Of a stretch of DNA of 64,000 nucleotides, positions 20,611 through 31,444 are shown one piece after another. The notes below the pieces were generated by a model. It ran no database searches. It was not told where the DNA came from and saw only the letters and a program-made list of their open reading frames with translations. The stretch lies in the NCBI GenBank assembly GCA_963729895.1, contig CAVSQB010000018.1, positions 1 through 64,000 on the forward strand, in the 5' to 3' direction. The position numbers and the translations under genes were made by a program. Numbering within the stretch: position 1 is the stretch's first letter; each line of letters starts with the position of its first letter. This DNA comes from an uncultured Fibrobacterota bacterium. Its GTDB lineage: Bacteria > Fibrobacterota > Chitinivibrionia > Chitinivibrionales > FEN-1185.

Positions 20611-20611
20611 A

Positions 20612-22254
20612 CCTGATTCCGTGAGATAAGGTTATTAAAAACAAATTGACGGCGTTGACAAGAACGAATATGGTTGCTAAGGCTTCTTGATAAGTTGTTG
20701 CCGGGGTGATTCCACTATGATTTGCGCTTCTGACCCCATGGTTGACAAATACACTCAACGTGTCGGTGGCGACGTTTGTTTGGTTACGGGTCTATTTCCG
20801 TTTATTGCTCTCCTTAGGTCAGCCATCCGTGGCGAACGCCAGATACGTTTGCGTCCACGCTATGCGGAGTTGATTCCGCCGCGACAGGGCAAGCATCAAC
20901 CGGCGGGCATGCGTTATCACGCGTGCTGCTATGTACATAAGATCCTGAATGACCTTCCGCAATCTCCGGCGTGCAACTTTCTTACGCGGCACGTACCCCT
21001 TGTCGATTCCAACTTGGCCGCAGAGCCGCAGCATGTTGAACGCAAGAACCGCCAACGTCAACACCAATGCGTTGGTCGTGAACTTCCCGCTGGGAAGCCG
21101 CTCCAGCGCCATATCACTCTTCAGCTCCGAGTGAAACTGCTCGCTGGTGCCATGATCCCGGTACGCTGCAATAACGTCGTCCGGGCCGGCGTTGCGTCTG
21201 CTCAGGCTCGTCCACCACGTGTGAACCTCTACATCCGGCAGCAGCAAGGCGTTTCCGTCGCGGTCGATTGTCCGTTCGATCACCTCGAACACAACGCGCA
21301 TGTTTTCGCCGTTTCTTTCCCGTATTGTCTCACCAACGTACACGGTCTTGCCTTCACGAGGATGACGCCAGTCACCGAGCGCTTGAGCATCCACGAGCCA
21401 TTCGTCAATAGATTCCCTGCGTATGTTCCGTTTGATTATGTAATCGACCTTTTCCTTGCGGCAGACTCGCATGTTTTCAATATCGTCATGTCCGGCATCA
21501 AGACGCACAAGGATCGAACGATCCGTTATTTTTCGAGCAAGGGCTATGGTCTTGCGCAGAAACTCCGGAGTTCCTTCCTGGCAATGTTGTTTCCCTTCGC
21601 GCAACTCCGCGTTCAGCAGGTAGCCTTCCACGCCTATGTAGGCAAGCATCGGAGAATATCCCTCGAACAACTTGTACGTGCAGCTTACGCCTTCCTTATG
21701 AGAACCACTGTTGTCAAAAGGAGATACGTCAGCGTCAATCGGAATATACGGTCCAAAGCAGGCGGTGAGCCGTGGCGCTGCTTTTTTCAACAGGGACGCC
21801 GAAGCGGAAAGGACTGCGTTTTGAACGGTCAGGCCCGTTTCGTCCATTCGCTGCCGCAGTGTAGCCTCGGAAGGAACCGCTTTCAATCCAAGCATCTCCT
21901 GAAAATAGTCGTCTTCACGAAACTGCTCGACCCCGTCAAAGTCTGGTTTGGCAAGACACAAAAGCCCCGTCATGGTCAGCAGCGCGTCCGCGGTGCTTAT
22001 ACTCCCGCTCTTCTTGTCCGGAGTAACCTGCGAAACACGCTCGCGCAAACCGGATCGCTCCGCAAGCATCCCGATCATTGCCATTCCACCATGGCTGGTC
22101 AGAAACTCGTCCGTCTCCGTGATTATCAACTTTCTCGGCTTTGGCATGACACCTTCCGGGTGAATAATGTGAACTGCCATTTAGTCAAGCACCATTCACC
22201 CTTAATCTACACGAAAAATCATCAAAATGCCAAAGTTTTTCTCACGGATTTAGG
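20612..22254 (-). mobile_element. IS1380-family insertion sequence
   Basis: TIRs CCTGATTCCGTGAGA / CCTAAATCCGTGAGA; no TSD visible. Confidence 0.85.
20819..22180 (-). CDS. IS1380-family transposase
   Basis: LTSHGG, PSEATLRQR, IDADVSPFDNS, LVRLDAGHD and HGTSEQFHSELKSD motifs. Confidence 0.92.
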   Translation of the reverse strand: MAVHIIHPEGVMPKPRKLIITETDEFLTSHGGMAMIGMLAERSGLRERVSQVTPDKKSGSISTADALLTMTGLLCLAKPDFDGVEQFREDDYFQEMLGLKAVPSEATLRQRMDETGLTVQNAVLSASASLLKKAAPRLTACFGPYIPIDADVSPFDNSGSHKEGVSCTYKLFEGYSPMLAYIGVEGYLLNAELREGKQHCQEGTPEFLRKTIALARKITDRSILVRLDAGHDDIENMRVCRKEKVDYIIKRNIRRESIDEWLVDAQALGDWRHPREGKTVYVGETIRERNGENMRVVFEVIERTIDRDGNALLLPDVEVHTWWTSLSRRNAGPDDVIAAYRDHGTSEQFHSELKSDMALERLPSGKFTTNALVLTLAVLAFNMLRLCGQVGIDKGYVPRKKVARRRLRKVIQDLMYIAARVITHARRLMLALSRRNQLRIAWTQTYLAFATDG

Positions 22255-22344
22255 GATGATACACAAAAGGAATATAGCAATTGTCATGCTGGCTTAACAA
22301 TAGCAAAATTGGGATAGAGAGGTGCGTTTACGTGATGAATGCGC

Positions 22345-22373
22345 AACCCCGAAGCAAGCTTCGGGGTTCTTCA
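22345..22373 (-). repeat. TGAAGAAC-hairpin repeat
   Basis: AACCCCGAAGCAAGCTTCGGGGTTCTTCA; related copies at 46917, 47203 and 63172. Confidence 0.7.
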
Positions 22374-22412
22374 CTATGGGGCGGAAAACGGCATTGCAGG
22401 CTCCAACGAGCC

Positions 22413-22601
22413 GCCGGTACGCACGGTTCTCCCGTTCGGCGCAAACAGAGCGTACCGTATGAACTTCTGCTCGTGCAACCGCATCACCGGAGTGAAATTC
22501 GACGCTTTCTGGGCAGCCAGGACGTCGTCCGCGCACCCGTGTTCGCACGGGCACCAGGTTATATCAAGTTCACCGCAGTTCGGGCACGCCTGGATACCGC
22601 T
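22413..22601 (-). pseudogene. Diverged fragment paralogous to the C-terminal part of the GH64-like gene
   Basis: SGIQACPNCGELDITWCPCEHGCADDVLAAQKASNFTPVMRLHEQKFIRYALFAPNG aligns to about 23124-23321. Confidence 0.8.
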
Positions 22602-22690
22602 TGGCGGGTAGCAAAAATAAAGATTCACAGCTGTAATTGCAGTGCTTTGCAACTAGAAACTACACAATTGGGAAACAATACGAATGCCCC

Positions 22691-22951
22691 GCGTTAGTTG
22701 GACCGGAGTGGTCCCGCCGTAGCGGGAGTGCCGGCCGACGACCCTTGGAAGCACCCGACGGGGTGCCCGGCCTTAGGCACAGGGCGGTCCGGTACCGAGG
22801 CTGACTAGCCGACGACCCTTGTGACCCTTGCAAATCCCCGACGGGGGAGAAGCACACCCCTTCGGGTGCTTCGAGGCGTCGCCCGAAGGGGTGGCCCGTA
22901 GGGAGAACGGCCCTGTCCTTCGCTCTTATTCGCGAAGGACAGGCAACGCCC
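22691..22951 (-). repeat. Structured intergenic repeat, GGGCGT...CTAACGC family
   Basis: Minus strand starts GGGCGTTGCC, contains GGCTAGTCAGCCTCGGTACCG and ends CCGGTCCAACTAACGC. Confidence 0.75.
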
Positions 22952-22987
22952 AAGTATTTGTCTTTTATTGCCCTTACATTATTCTAT

Positions 22988-24193
22988 TTACCATGTCGCA
23001 AGCATCCTCTTGCTTGCGGCCAGGGCTCCGTCTTTGCCGTACAGCGCGATGATGTACACGCCGCGCGAAAGTGCAAGCCTCGACGAGAGCGCCCGGCTCA
23101 CCTCTTCCATGGTAGTTGCGACGCCGGAGCGTATTGTTTTTCCGTTCGGCGCAAAAAGAGTATACCGTATGAACTTTTGCTCCTGCAATCGCATCACCGG
23201 CGTAAAATTCGCCGCTTTCGTTGCCGCCAGCACGTCATCCGCGCACCCGTTCTCGCACGGGCACCACGTGATGTCGAGTTCACCATTGCCGCAACTATTC
23301 GGGCATGCCTGGAAGCCGCTTTGGTTCTGATGGTCGTCGTTGGCAAAAGCGTAAACCTGGGCATTCATGGTTTTGTGGATCCATTTGGCATAGAGGTTGT
23401 AGGGATTTACCCAGTTGCCGGCTGAGTCCTGTTCCGGCTTTTTCCAGTAATCGGCGGAATCCGCGTCCTGGTAAAATGTTCCCCTTTGCCATGCGGCAAT
23501 CGAATCAAACAGTGAGTTTGGTGAACCGGGATTAAGCGAACCGCCGTATACTTCGGTACCGTGGTGGTGGTGGCCCAGCCACATTTTGTTGCAGTATATA
23601 TTTCCGGTATCGTATCCGGGCTGGACGCAGTAGTCATAAGAACCAAGGCATATCCCTAATTCCAAGGTGCTGTCGAAAAAATTGACCTGTGTGGGACACC
23701 CGTGCAAGAGTTGGTTCTGCATTTCCTTAAAGGTGACGGGAATAATTGTCGGAATACAACTTGAGCAACCTCCCACAACCTTCACCGGCAGCGTGGCATA
23801 GTCGACACAGGAAATATTGTAGTTCTGCACGCCTGTCGGTCCCCCGCTCACGGTCATTTCCACAAACCCGTTTTCGGGAATTAAAGGCGCGCCTTGACTG
23901 GTCTTTGTACCGGGATCGTGATAGTAGGCCCAGCATCTTCCGGACCCGAAAGCCGGCAGGGAATCGTACACAAGCGTATCGTTAGGAAGCAATTTTTGGG
24001 CAGCAGCGCCGTTGATGGGCGCGGTATAGGGCGTTTCGGTGAAATGGATCCACAGCGTAATGGGACAATCGTTTGCTACCACCAGCTTCTGGGTCCCGCC
24101 CGCGGCGAAAACGGATCCCGTGAGTGCAAACACCACGGATAGTGCGGTGAGCGCCAAGGACCATTCATGGGCGAGGCGCCTCGAAATTTTCAT
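22988..24193 (-). CDS. Secreted GH64/thaumatin-like beta-1,3-glucanase with C-terminal sorting-like domain
   Basis: SD GGAGG and signal peptide; FVEMT, YNISCVD and NLYAKWIH...YAFANDD; tail FAPNGK...GVYII. Confidence 0.65.
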   Translation of the reverse strand: MKISRRLAHEWSLALTALSVVFALTGSVFAAGGTQKLVVANDCPITLWIHFTETPYTAPINGAAAQKLLPNDTLVYDSLPAFGSGRCWAYYHDPGTKTSQGAPLIPENGFVEMTVSGGPTGVQNYNISCVDYATLPVKVVGGCSSCIPTIIPVTFKEMQNQLLHGCPTQVNFFDSTLELGICLGSYDYCVQPGYDTGNIYCNKMWLGHHHHGTEVYGGSLNPGSPNSLFDSIAAWQRGTFYQDADSADYWKKPEQDSAGNWVNPYNLYAKWIHKTMNAQVYAFANDDHQNQSGFQACPNSCGNGELDITWCPCENGCADDVLAATKAANFTPVMRLQEQKFIRYTLFAPNGKTIRSGVATTMEEVSRALSSRLALSRGVYIIALYGKDGALAASKRMLATW

Positions 24194-24379
24194 AAAGCCT
24201 CCAAATCTATTGGTTAAAAACAGGTGATTCTTCAGGAAAGCAGGCGATTGGTCGGCGGATGCGCCGGCTTGTTCGCGAAAAAGATCATCGTTTGCGAGCC
24301 TGTTCGCATAAGGCCCCTCGGTAATAACATAAACACGCGTGGCCCGGTCCAAGGGAAAATGATGGCCCCAAAGTCATTA

Positions 24380-24403
24380 TCCGTTACACGAACGTGTAAC
24401 GGA
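24380..24403. promoter_or_regulatory. Perfect 11-bp inverted repeat in a divergent promoter region (candidate operator)
   Basis: TCCGTTACACG-AA-CGTGTAACGGA between divergent secreted-enzyme genes. Confidence 0.45.
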
Positions 24404-24625
24404 ATTTTCCCCCCGCAGGACGAAATTGGGTCGCGGCAAAGTCCGTTCCATTATGTTATACTTATAACCGGCGGGTGAAACCGGATATGACGTGTGCATA
24501 CATAGGTGATCTCGAGCGGCGGCTCGGGCCTGATGTCCGGCCCATCCGTGCGTTTTCGTAGATGCAAAAATCGTTGACGAAACTGAGACTTTGACTTTCT
24601 GGAACCTTAAACCGGAGGTGCCAAC

Positions 24626-26287
24626 ATGTTCATCAGGCTTTCCGCTCTCATGTGTCTGTTTTTCGCCGTGTCGTTCCTGACTTCCCAGCAGCCCGCCGCG
24701 CAAACGATACCGCAGCCGGGCGAGAGTTTTTCCTCAATCACCGATAACGGCTGCTGGACCTGGTACGGAAACCCCAAGGCCGTTTACTATGCGGGAGTTC
24801 ACAAACGCACCTATGTGGCCTGGACCTCCAACGCGACAAACCAGTATCTCGGCTATTACGATCACGACACGAAAACCACGAGCCAGGTGCTGCTGCCGTG
24901 GCATTACCCGGCCGACGACCATAACCATCCCAGCGTTATCGTAAGGCCGGACGGCCGCGTCATGACGTTCCAGACGGGCCACGACGGCACGCATATCAGC
25001 GAGTGTATTTCCAAGCAGCCCGAAGACATTTCCGCGCTCGACACGTTTACGGTGAAGATCCTGTCGTACAGTTGTTATCCGAACATTTGTTTCCTCAAGA
25101 ACGAAGGTGACAGCGGACGTTATTACCTTTTCTACCGCGACGTGAACCTGGAACCGTGGTTCCGCACCAGCGACGACTGGGGCAAAACATGGGGCACGGA
25201 ACTCAACCTTTATACCAACAATCCCACCGGGTACAAGCCCTATTTCACCTGCGCTTCCAACGGAATCGACGAAATCCATATCGACATTGAGCGGGAAAAC
25301 CGCGCCATCGGCGGCACGGTTCCCACCTACTACATGAAATACAAGAACGGCGCGTTTTACCAGGCAAGCGGAAAACTGATCGCCACCATGGCTCAATTGC
25401 CCATTGTAAATACGGTGCTCGACACCGTGATCTATCCCGGCGCCTACGGCGCGGGCGGCACGGTGTGGGACATCGCCTACGACAAAAACGACAACCCCGT
25501 TATTCTCTACGACATGTTCTTCAGCAACAACGCGATTCACGTGTACTGGTACCTGCGGTGGACCGGGAGCTATTGGTACAAGCGGCCGCTTGTCAATAGC
25601 GGCGCCAACGACGGCGTTACGGGGCAGCAATTCTGCGGCGGCATGACGTTCGACCACGAAAACCCGAATGTCATTTACATGTCGCGCCAAGCCGTGACAT
25701 CCAGCGCAACCCCGTTTAATCTTGCGGACACCAGCTTTGCAAATTATAAAAAGATCTCCACCGCCGATTTTGTCACCGTCAACCCCAACTTCGAACTTGA
25801 CAAGTGGACCACGGCCGACAGCGGCCTCACCTGGGACTCGGTGGCCATCACGCGCGGATCGGCCGCAAAGAATGTCCGTCCGTGCGTGCCGCGCGACCAC
25901 GTCGACGGCATGAACGTCAATCTTGTCTGGCTCGACGGCACCATAACGAGCATGAGCGGCGACGGGTACGACATGTCGGTGAGAATGTACCCCACCGACA
26001 AAACGGTCCGGACAATTGCAACGCCGCACAACGTCACGGCGGGCGGGAATCTAAAAGTCTCGGGATCGCGAGTCGTGTTCTCGCTTGCAAAGCCCCCGCT
26101 GTCGTCGCTCAGGATCTATTCGCTCGAGGGCGCGCTGGTCGCCGATTTTTCGGGCGATCTAAGGCGCATGGCCGCCGGGCCCGCGTCCTTTCCCCTGGAG
26201 CGGATTCCCGCCGGGAGCGGGGCGTATGTCGCCGTCCTTAACAACGGGGCAACCGTGCAGAAAACGAGCATCGTTCTCGCGCGATGA
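24626..26287 (+). CDS. BNR-4 repeat secreted protein with C-terminal sorting-like domain
   Basis: GCWTWY, DDHNHPS, TSDDWGKTW and TADSGLTW Asp-boxes, NVRP; tail IYSLEG...GAY. Confidence 0.8.
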   Translation: MFIRLSALMCLFFAVSFLTSQQPAAQTIPQPGESFSSITDNGCWTWYGNPKAVYYAGVHKRTYVAWTSNATNQYLGYYDHDTKTTSQVLLPWHYPADDHNHPSVIVRPDGRVMTFQTGHDGTHISECISKQPEDISALDTFTVKILSYSCYPNICFLKNEGDSGRYYLFYRDVNLEPWFRTSDDWGKTWGTELNLYTNNPTGYKPYFTCASNGIDEIHIDIERENRAIGGTVPTYYMKYKNGAFYQASGKLIATMAQLPIVNTVLDTVIYPGAYGAGGTVWDIAYDKNDNPVILYDMFFSNNAIHVYWYLRWTGSYWYKRPLVNSGANDGVTGQQFCGGMTFDHENPNVIYMSRQAVTSSATPFNLADTSFANYKKISTADFVTVNPNFELDKWTTADSGLTWDSVAITRGSAAKNVRPCVPRDHVDGMNVNLVWLDGTITSMSGDGYDMSVRMYPTDKTVRTIATPHNVTAGGNLKVSGSRVVFSLAKPPLSSLRIYSLEGALVADFSGDLRRMAAGPASFPLERIPAGSGAYVAVLNNGATVQKTSIVLAR

Positions 26288-26322
26288 TACGAGCATTTCG
26301 TTTCCAATCACAGCAAGAATCG

Positions 26323-26468
26323 GGGCGCCCCGTCCCTGCCGGGACGGCGGGCCTCCGTTCGAGCTCGGCCGAAGGCCTCGGTGCCGGACCGCCATGGTCG
26401 CCTGCGGCACCGAGGCAACCTGCCGAGCCCGGCGGGAGGCCGACCCGAGCGCAGCGAGGGTAACGCCC
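26323..26468. repeat. Minimal structured element: two inverted GGGCG...GCCTCGGTGCCG arms
   Basis: GAGCTCGGCCGAAGGCCTCGGTGCCG ... CGGCACCGAGGCAACCTGCCGAGCCCG...GGGTAACGCCC. Confidence 0.75.
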
Positions 26469-26519
26469 AGGCCCTTTAGTAATGGTTCGGGGGAAATCTA
26501 ACGTTTCACAGGGAGGATC

Positions 26520-29317
26520 ATGCGATCAAATATTCTTCAGGCGGCACTCGTCATCACCCTGGCAGGCTTTTCATCAGCCACTCTTGCCCAAACCTACAAC
26601 GGCGAACCGAGCAACCGCGCAAAAATCAACCTCAGCGGGTTCCAGGGAGGGTGGAAATTCATCCAGGCCGATCCCACAAACGCCCAGGACACCGTCTACA
26701 ACGACGGGTCGTGGAGCACGGTAGGCGTCCCGCACACCTGGAACGACACGAACACCTTCCTGAACATGGCCGCGGCGGAAACGCGGGCTCGCTGCTCGGA
26801 ATCACCGGCTGGTACCGGAAACACTTCACTTTAGATAACGCGTATTCCGGGAGAAAAATCTTTGTCGAGTTCGAGGGCGCGCACATCGGCGCGCAGGTGT
26901 ATATCAACCAGACGTTTATTCCCGGCAACAGCGCGGTGAACCCGCAGGCCACGCACGTCATCGGGTTCCTGCCGTTCGTGGTGGACGTCACGCCGTACGT
27001 GAAATTCGGCGGAAGCGACAATGTCCTGGCGGTCCGGGTATCCACCGGCTCGTCCTGGTTCACGTATCCCGATTTTTCGAATGATTTCCGGTTCGGCCAG
27101 GGCGACGGGGGACTATTCCGGCCCGTGTGGCTGCACATCACCGACAAAGTACATGTGCCGCTCAATGTGTTCTCCGTTGTCAATAACTGGGGCACGTGCG
27201 TGGCAACCATGTCGGCCTCGGATGCGTCGGCAACGGTGCGGATCCTCACCAACGTCCAGAACGAAAACGGCGCGGCGGTCACGGTTTCCCTCACAACCGA
27301 CGTGGTTGACTCGGCCGGCAACGTGGTGACGTCCACTACCGGTTCCCAGGCCGTTGCCGCAGGCGCCTGTTACGTGTTCGACCAGACGGGGACGGTAAGC
27401 AACCCGCATCTCTGGTATCCCAATGCGAGCATCTACGGCAAACCGTATATGTACAAGGTCTACCATATAGTAAAGGTCGGCGGGACAACGGTGGACGTTT
27501 TCACCAGCCCGCTCGGCATCCGCACGCTCACGTGGGACGCCAGTTTTCCAATTTTCAACGGACATCCGCATTATATGTGGGGCGCGGCCGGCCGGTACGA
27601 TTACCCGGCCTTGGGGACCGCGGTTCCGGAAGAGCAGAATTGGCGCGATGTCAAGACACTCGCCGACTGCGGCGGACGGTGGTGGCGGCCCGGCCATTCC
27701 ACCTGCTCGCACGAATTCGTGGAAGCCGGGGATGCGTTCGGCGTCTGCATCATCCAGCCCAGCGGCGACGACGAAGGCACGTTCATGACCCAGGCCCTGG
27801 ATGTCAATTTTACGCCGGCCCAGGCCGCGTACGACATGGCGCTCAAGAGCGAATGCCACCGCGACATGATCGTGCGGGACCGCAACGACCCGTGCATCGC
27901 GGCATGGGAATGCGCCAACGCGCCCATCGACCACGCCTACGACGTCACGCTCCGCGACACGGTGGTCAAATGGGACACGCTCATGCCCCGCGCGCAGAGC
28001 GACCGGGGCAACGACCAATCCGACATGGTCGTCGACCAGGTGATAGCGTGCTCTCTTAACGGATGCGAGGTGGGATTGAAAGGAATGGAACCCACCAAGC
28101 CGTGCTACGGCGCCGAAGGCTGGGGACAGGCGGGCACGCGCTTCGACTACGACGGCGAGCTCACGTTCGCCCAGTACTATATGTCCACCTGGAAAAGCGG
28201 CAAGAACGTGGATGCCTTCGGCATGTGCCAGTGGTACATGGCCGAGTCGCCCGGCGAAAGCGGGTTGGGCAGGAATTTCGCCTGTTCCATGATGGACGGG
28301 AACCGGATCCCTAAAATGCTTTACAAAATCTATGCGGCGTGCTGGTTTCCGTATTCGGTCCGGCCCATCGTGTACCTTGCCAATCACTGGAACCGCTCCG
28401 GTGCGGTCACGGTCAATGCGTTCAGCAATTGCCCAACAGTCCGGTCGCTTGTCAACGGGGTTGCGCAGGGCGCCGATCAAACGCCCTATCCGGACTCGGG
28501 CAACGGCACCGCGCTTCTTGCGCACCAATGTTCGTGGAACGTAACCTGGCAGTCGGGCACGGTGACGGCACAGGGTTTGGACGCAAACGGAAACGTGGTG
28601 TGTTCCGACCGGAAAGTCACTGCCGGAAACCCGGACCACATCCTGCTCACCGTTGCTGCGCCCATCGTGAATCCGGCCACCGGGGACACGTTCAGGATCA
28701 CGGCCAACGGTGCGGACGCGGCATTCATTCTCGCCACGGTCGTGGACGCGCAGAACAACTGGTGTCCCACGGCAAGCAACAATGTCACCTTCAGCGTTTC
28801 GGGGCCCGGCAATTACCGCGGCGGGGCGGACCAGATGATCGGCCCCGGCGGCGCGAATTACCATTCGCCCGGCGACCACGAACTCACGGCCGAAGGCGGC
28901 ATGTGCAAAGTGGCTGTCCGGTCGACATTCACGCCCGGCGCCGTAAACGTCACGGCGACTTCGGCCGGACTGAGCCAGGGAACAACCTCGTTTACCGTGT
29001 ATCCGGTTCCAACGCCGCCCCCGGTGTCCGTTCGCGGCACGGTTCTTCCGGCGGCGCGCACCGCCGCGGCCTCGCTGCGCATAGAAACGGCCCGCGGGAT
29101 CATACGGTATTTTGTCAATCAAGGCGCGACAGTGTCCCTGGACATACTTGACGCAGGCGGAAAAACGGTGATGCGGGTCCCGGCCTCGCGGCAGGAGACG
29201 GGCTGGCACAACGTGGGGGCGCCGGGCGGCGAAACCACGATGCGCAACGGCGTTTACTTTGTGCGATGCGCCGTTGACGGGCAGAGTCTTGTGAAACGGG
29301 TTCTGGTGGTAAAGTAA
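26520..29317 (+). pseudogene. GH2 beta-galactosidase-like secreted enzyme, split by a 1-nt frameshift near 26773
   Basis: Signal peptide and VPHTWND in the 26520 frame; WYRKHF, EFEG, RDRNDPCIAAWECAN and the C-terminal domain in the 26651 frame. Confidence 0.75.
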
Positions 29318-29340
29318 CGCGGAGTCCTGAGGCAATTCAT

Positions 29341-30003
29341 GGGCGTTCCCTGCCTCTGTGTAGACGCAGCGCGCCACACAGAGGCAGGTCGGCCTCCCTT
29401 CGGGCTCGGCTAGTCAGCCTCGGTGCCGCACTGCCCCTTTGGCCCTACGGGCCGGGGTCAGGCGGCACTGCGCTCTAACGCACCGCTCCGGTCCGCCTAA
29501 CGCAAAAAGCAAGAAAACAAAATTCGTCTTGGTCCCCCCATCAGCGCCGACCCTGAGGCCGGAGGATTTGGCCGCAATATCAAAATCCAAGTATAATGCA
29601 TTTGGTTGGCTGTGCCGGGTGACCCCCGAGTGAGTTTATTTGCGAGAATCCAATCCTTGGCTGTGGGGCACCCGCGAAATGTCGCTGTACAGTTGACACA
29701 CGGAATTCTTGTCTTTCTCTTCCGCCATCAGTGGCGTAGCCGCGCATGGAGGTTTTAGAGGGCGAGGACGAGTCCTGCCTTTCCCGGAGGGAAAGGCTTT
29801 TCGATATCTTTCCATTGTTCCGCAGCCCCCCGGAGTGCGCGGCGATCCGCGCCACTGCAGGCGCGGCGCGGGGTCCAGGGGTGCTCGCTGCTGAGCACCC
29901 CTGGCCAGGGTGTCGGGAGCGGAACTCCCGACTCAGTTGAAGAACGGCACCGAGGCGAATAGCCGAGCCCGGAAGAAGACCGGCCCCGCAGAAGGGGCAA
30001 CGT
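29341..30003. repeat. Composite structured element bounded by inverted arms
   Basis: Full left unit 29341-29503; internal 29595-29975 closely matches 39292-39670; inverted arm at the right end. Confidence 0.85.
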
Positions 30004-30212
30004 TGATATTGGCTGCGGCCGGAAGAACCTCGCAGTATAGTTTTCTGCCAGAAAACACTTTGTTGTCAAGGAACTGCCAATACGGCCCCGGCGGCGTTAT
30101 TTTCAAATGGAAAAGTGAATCGCGGCGCAACCTCCCCATGCAAAAGACGTGTGGAAAACCGCGCCGGCAAGGCAAGGAACTCCATGGGGGCCCCGTGCAA
30201 ATCCGGAACCCG

Positions 30213-31337
30213 ATGTCCCGGTTGTATCTTTTCCTCAGGAACCTGTACTACCGGTTCTATGTGCTGGTGAAGCCGGTGTACTCCTTTGTGAGCCCGGCGC
30301 TGCGGTCACGCATTCGACGCCTGGCGCCCCGGCCGGTCCCGCCGTTGTATCACAGCCTGCCGCTTTCGGTTCCCTGGACCATCAACGTGGACCCGTGCAA
30401 CGTCTGCTTCGAGCGGTGCGCCTATTGTCCCACGGGCAACCCGGCGCTGCCGCTCATCCGCAACCGGCCAAAAGGGAAAATGCAGATGGAGCTGTTTCGG
30501 AAGATCGTCGACGACATGGAAGCAATGGTCCGCAGGCATGGCCAAAAGATCAGGATACTGCATCTTTACAAAGACGGTGAGCCGCTGCTCAACGACCTGC
30601 TGGCGTCCATGGTCCGGTACGCGAAATCCAAGGCCGTTGCCGAGTACGTTTCAACCACAACCAACGGGATCCTGTTGACCGCCGATCGCGCAAAGCAATT
30701 GATTGACTCCGGGCTCGACCACATCCGCATTTCGGTCCCCGCCGACCGCGCCTATCATGTCGTCAGGCGCAATTGCGGCTTTCTCTATCAGGAAAAAACC
30801 CGGAGAAGGGCGCACCTGTTCGTTCATGTAAAGGCACTGGCAAACCTGATGTCGGCGCAACAGCGGGATCGGTTCCGCAGCGATTTCGGTCCGGTCTCCG
30901 ATTGCCTTCACCTCGACGGCCTGATGGGCTGGTCCGGGTCTCCCGGAAGAGACTTCTTGCTCGGCATGCCGGTCACCAAGGGCATGGACGGGCATACCAA
31001 CCTCCGGGAAAAACAAATTTGCCCCGAACCGTTCTGCCGACTCGCCATCAAGTTCAACGGCCTGGTTTCCGCCTGCTGCGTTGATTGGTGCATGGACGCA
31101 AGCTACGGTGACGCGACCCGCAACATCGTGGAAGAAATCTGGAACGGGGCCTTGTTGGGCGATTTGCGGATGCTGCATGCACAAGGCAATCGCGGCCGGA
31201 ACCCAGCCTGCAACGGATGCCACTTTGTAAAGGGCATACCGCGGGAAGCCGATCTGGACTGCCACGCCGCGGGCCTGCTCAAAATCTACAGGGGAAAGAA
31301 AAACTCCCTCGCAGCCGGCATAAGTACATATATTTAG
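30213..31337 (+). CDS. Radical SAM/SPASM (twitch) domain protein
   Basis: CFERCAYC, DGEPLLN and CPEPF...VSACCVD...C..C; start uncertain. Confidence 0.8.
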   Translation: MSRLYLFLRNLYYRFYVLVKPVYSFVSPALRSRIRRLAPRPVPPLYHSLPLSVPWTINVDPCNVCFERCAYCPTGNPALPLIRNRPKGKMQMELFRKIVDDMEAMVRRHGQKIRILHLYKDGEPLLNDLLASMVRYAKSKAVAEYVSTTTNGILLTADRAKQLIDSGLDHIRISVPADRAYHVVRRNCGFLYQEKTRRRAHLFVHVKALANLMSAQQRDRFRSDFGPVSDCLHLDGLMGWSGSPGRDFLLGMPVTKGMDGHTNLREKQICPEPFCRLAIKFNGLVSACCVDWCMDASYGDATRNIVEEIWNGALLGDLRMLHAQGNRGRNPACNGCHFVKGIPREADLDCHAAGLLKIYRGKKNSLAAGISTYI

Positions 31338-31444
31338 GCCTAAGTACTAAGCGGTTCATCCGTAAACGCACCTGCTCCATTCCCGACCCACCTTACGACC
31401 GCCCCCAACCGAATGGCCTGGTAAATCGCTCAAGGAGCCTTTTC

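Noticed and set aside
22413..23321. DGR template/variable repeat pair
   Set aside because: Mismatches are not adenine-specific, fall mostly at third codon positions and include indels; there is no reverse transcriptase in the window
27113..29377. Long antisense ORFs (also 20687-22297, 18449-19639, 24734-26029, 44067-45224, 49674-50726)
   Set aside because: Shadow frames opposite well-supported genes, with no recognisable motifs
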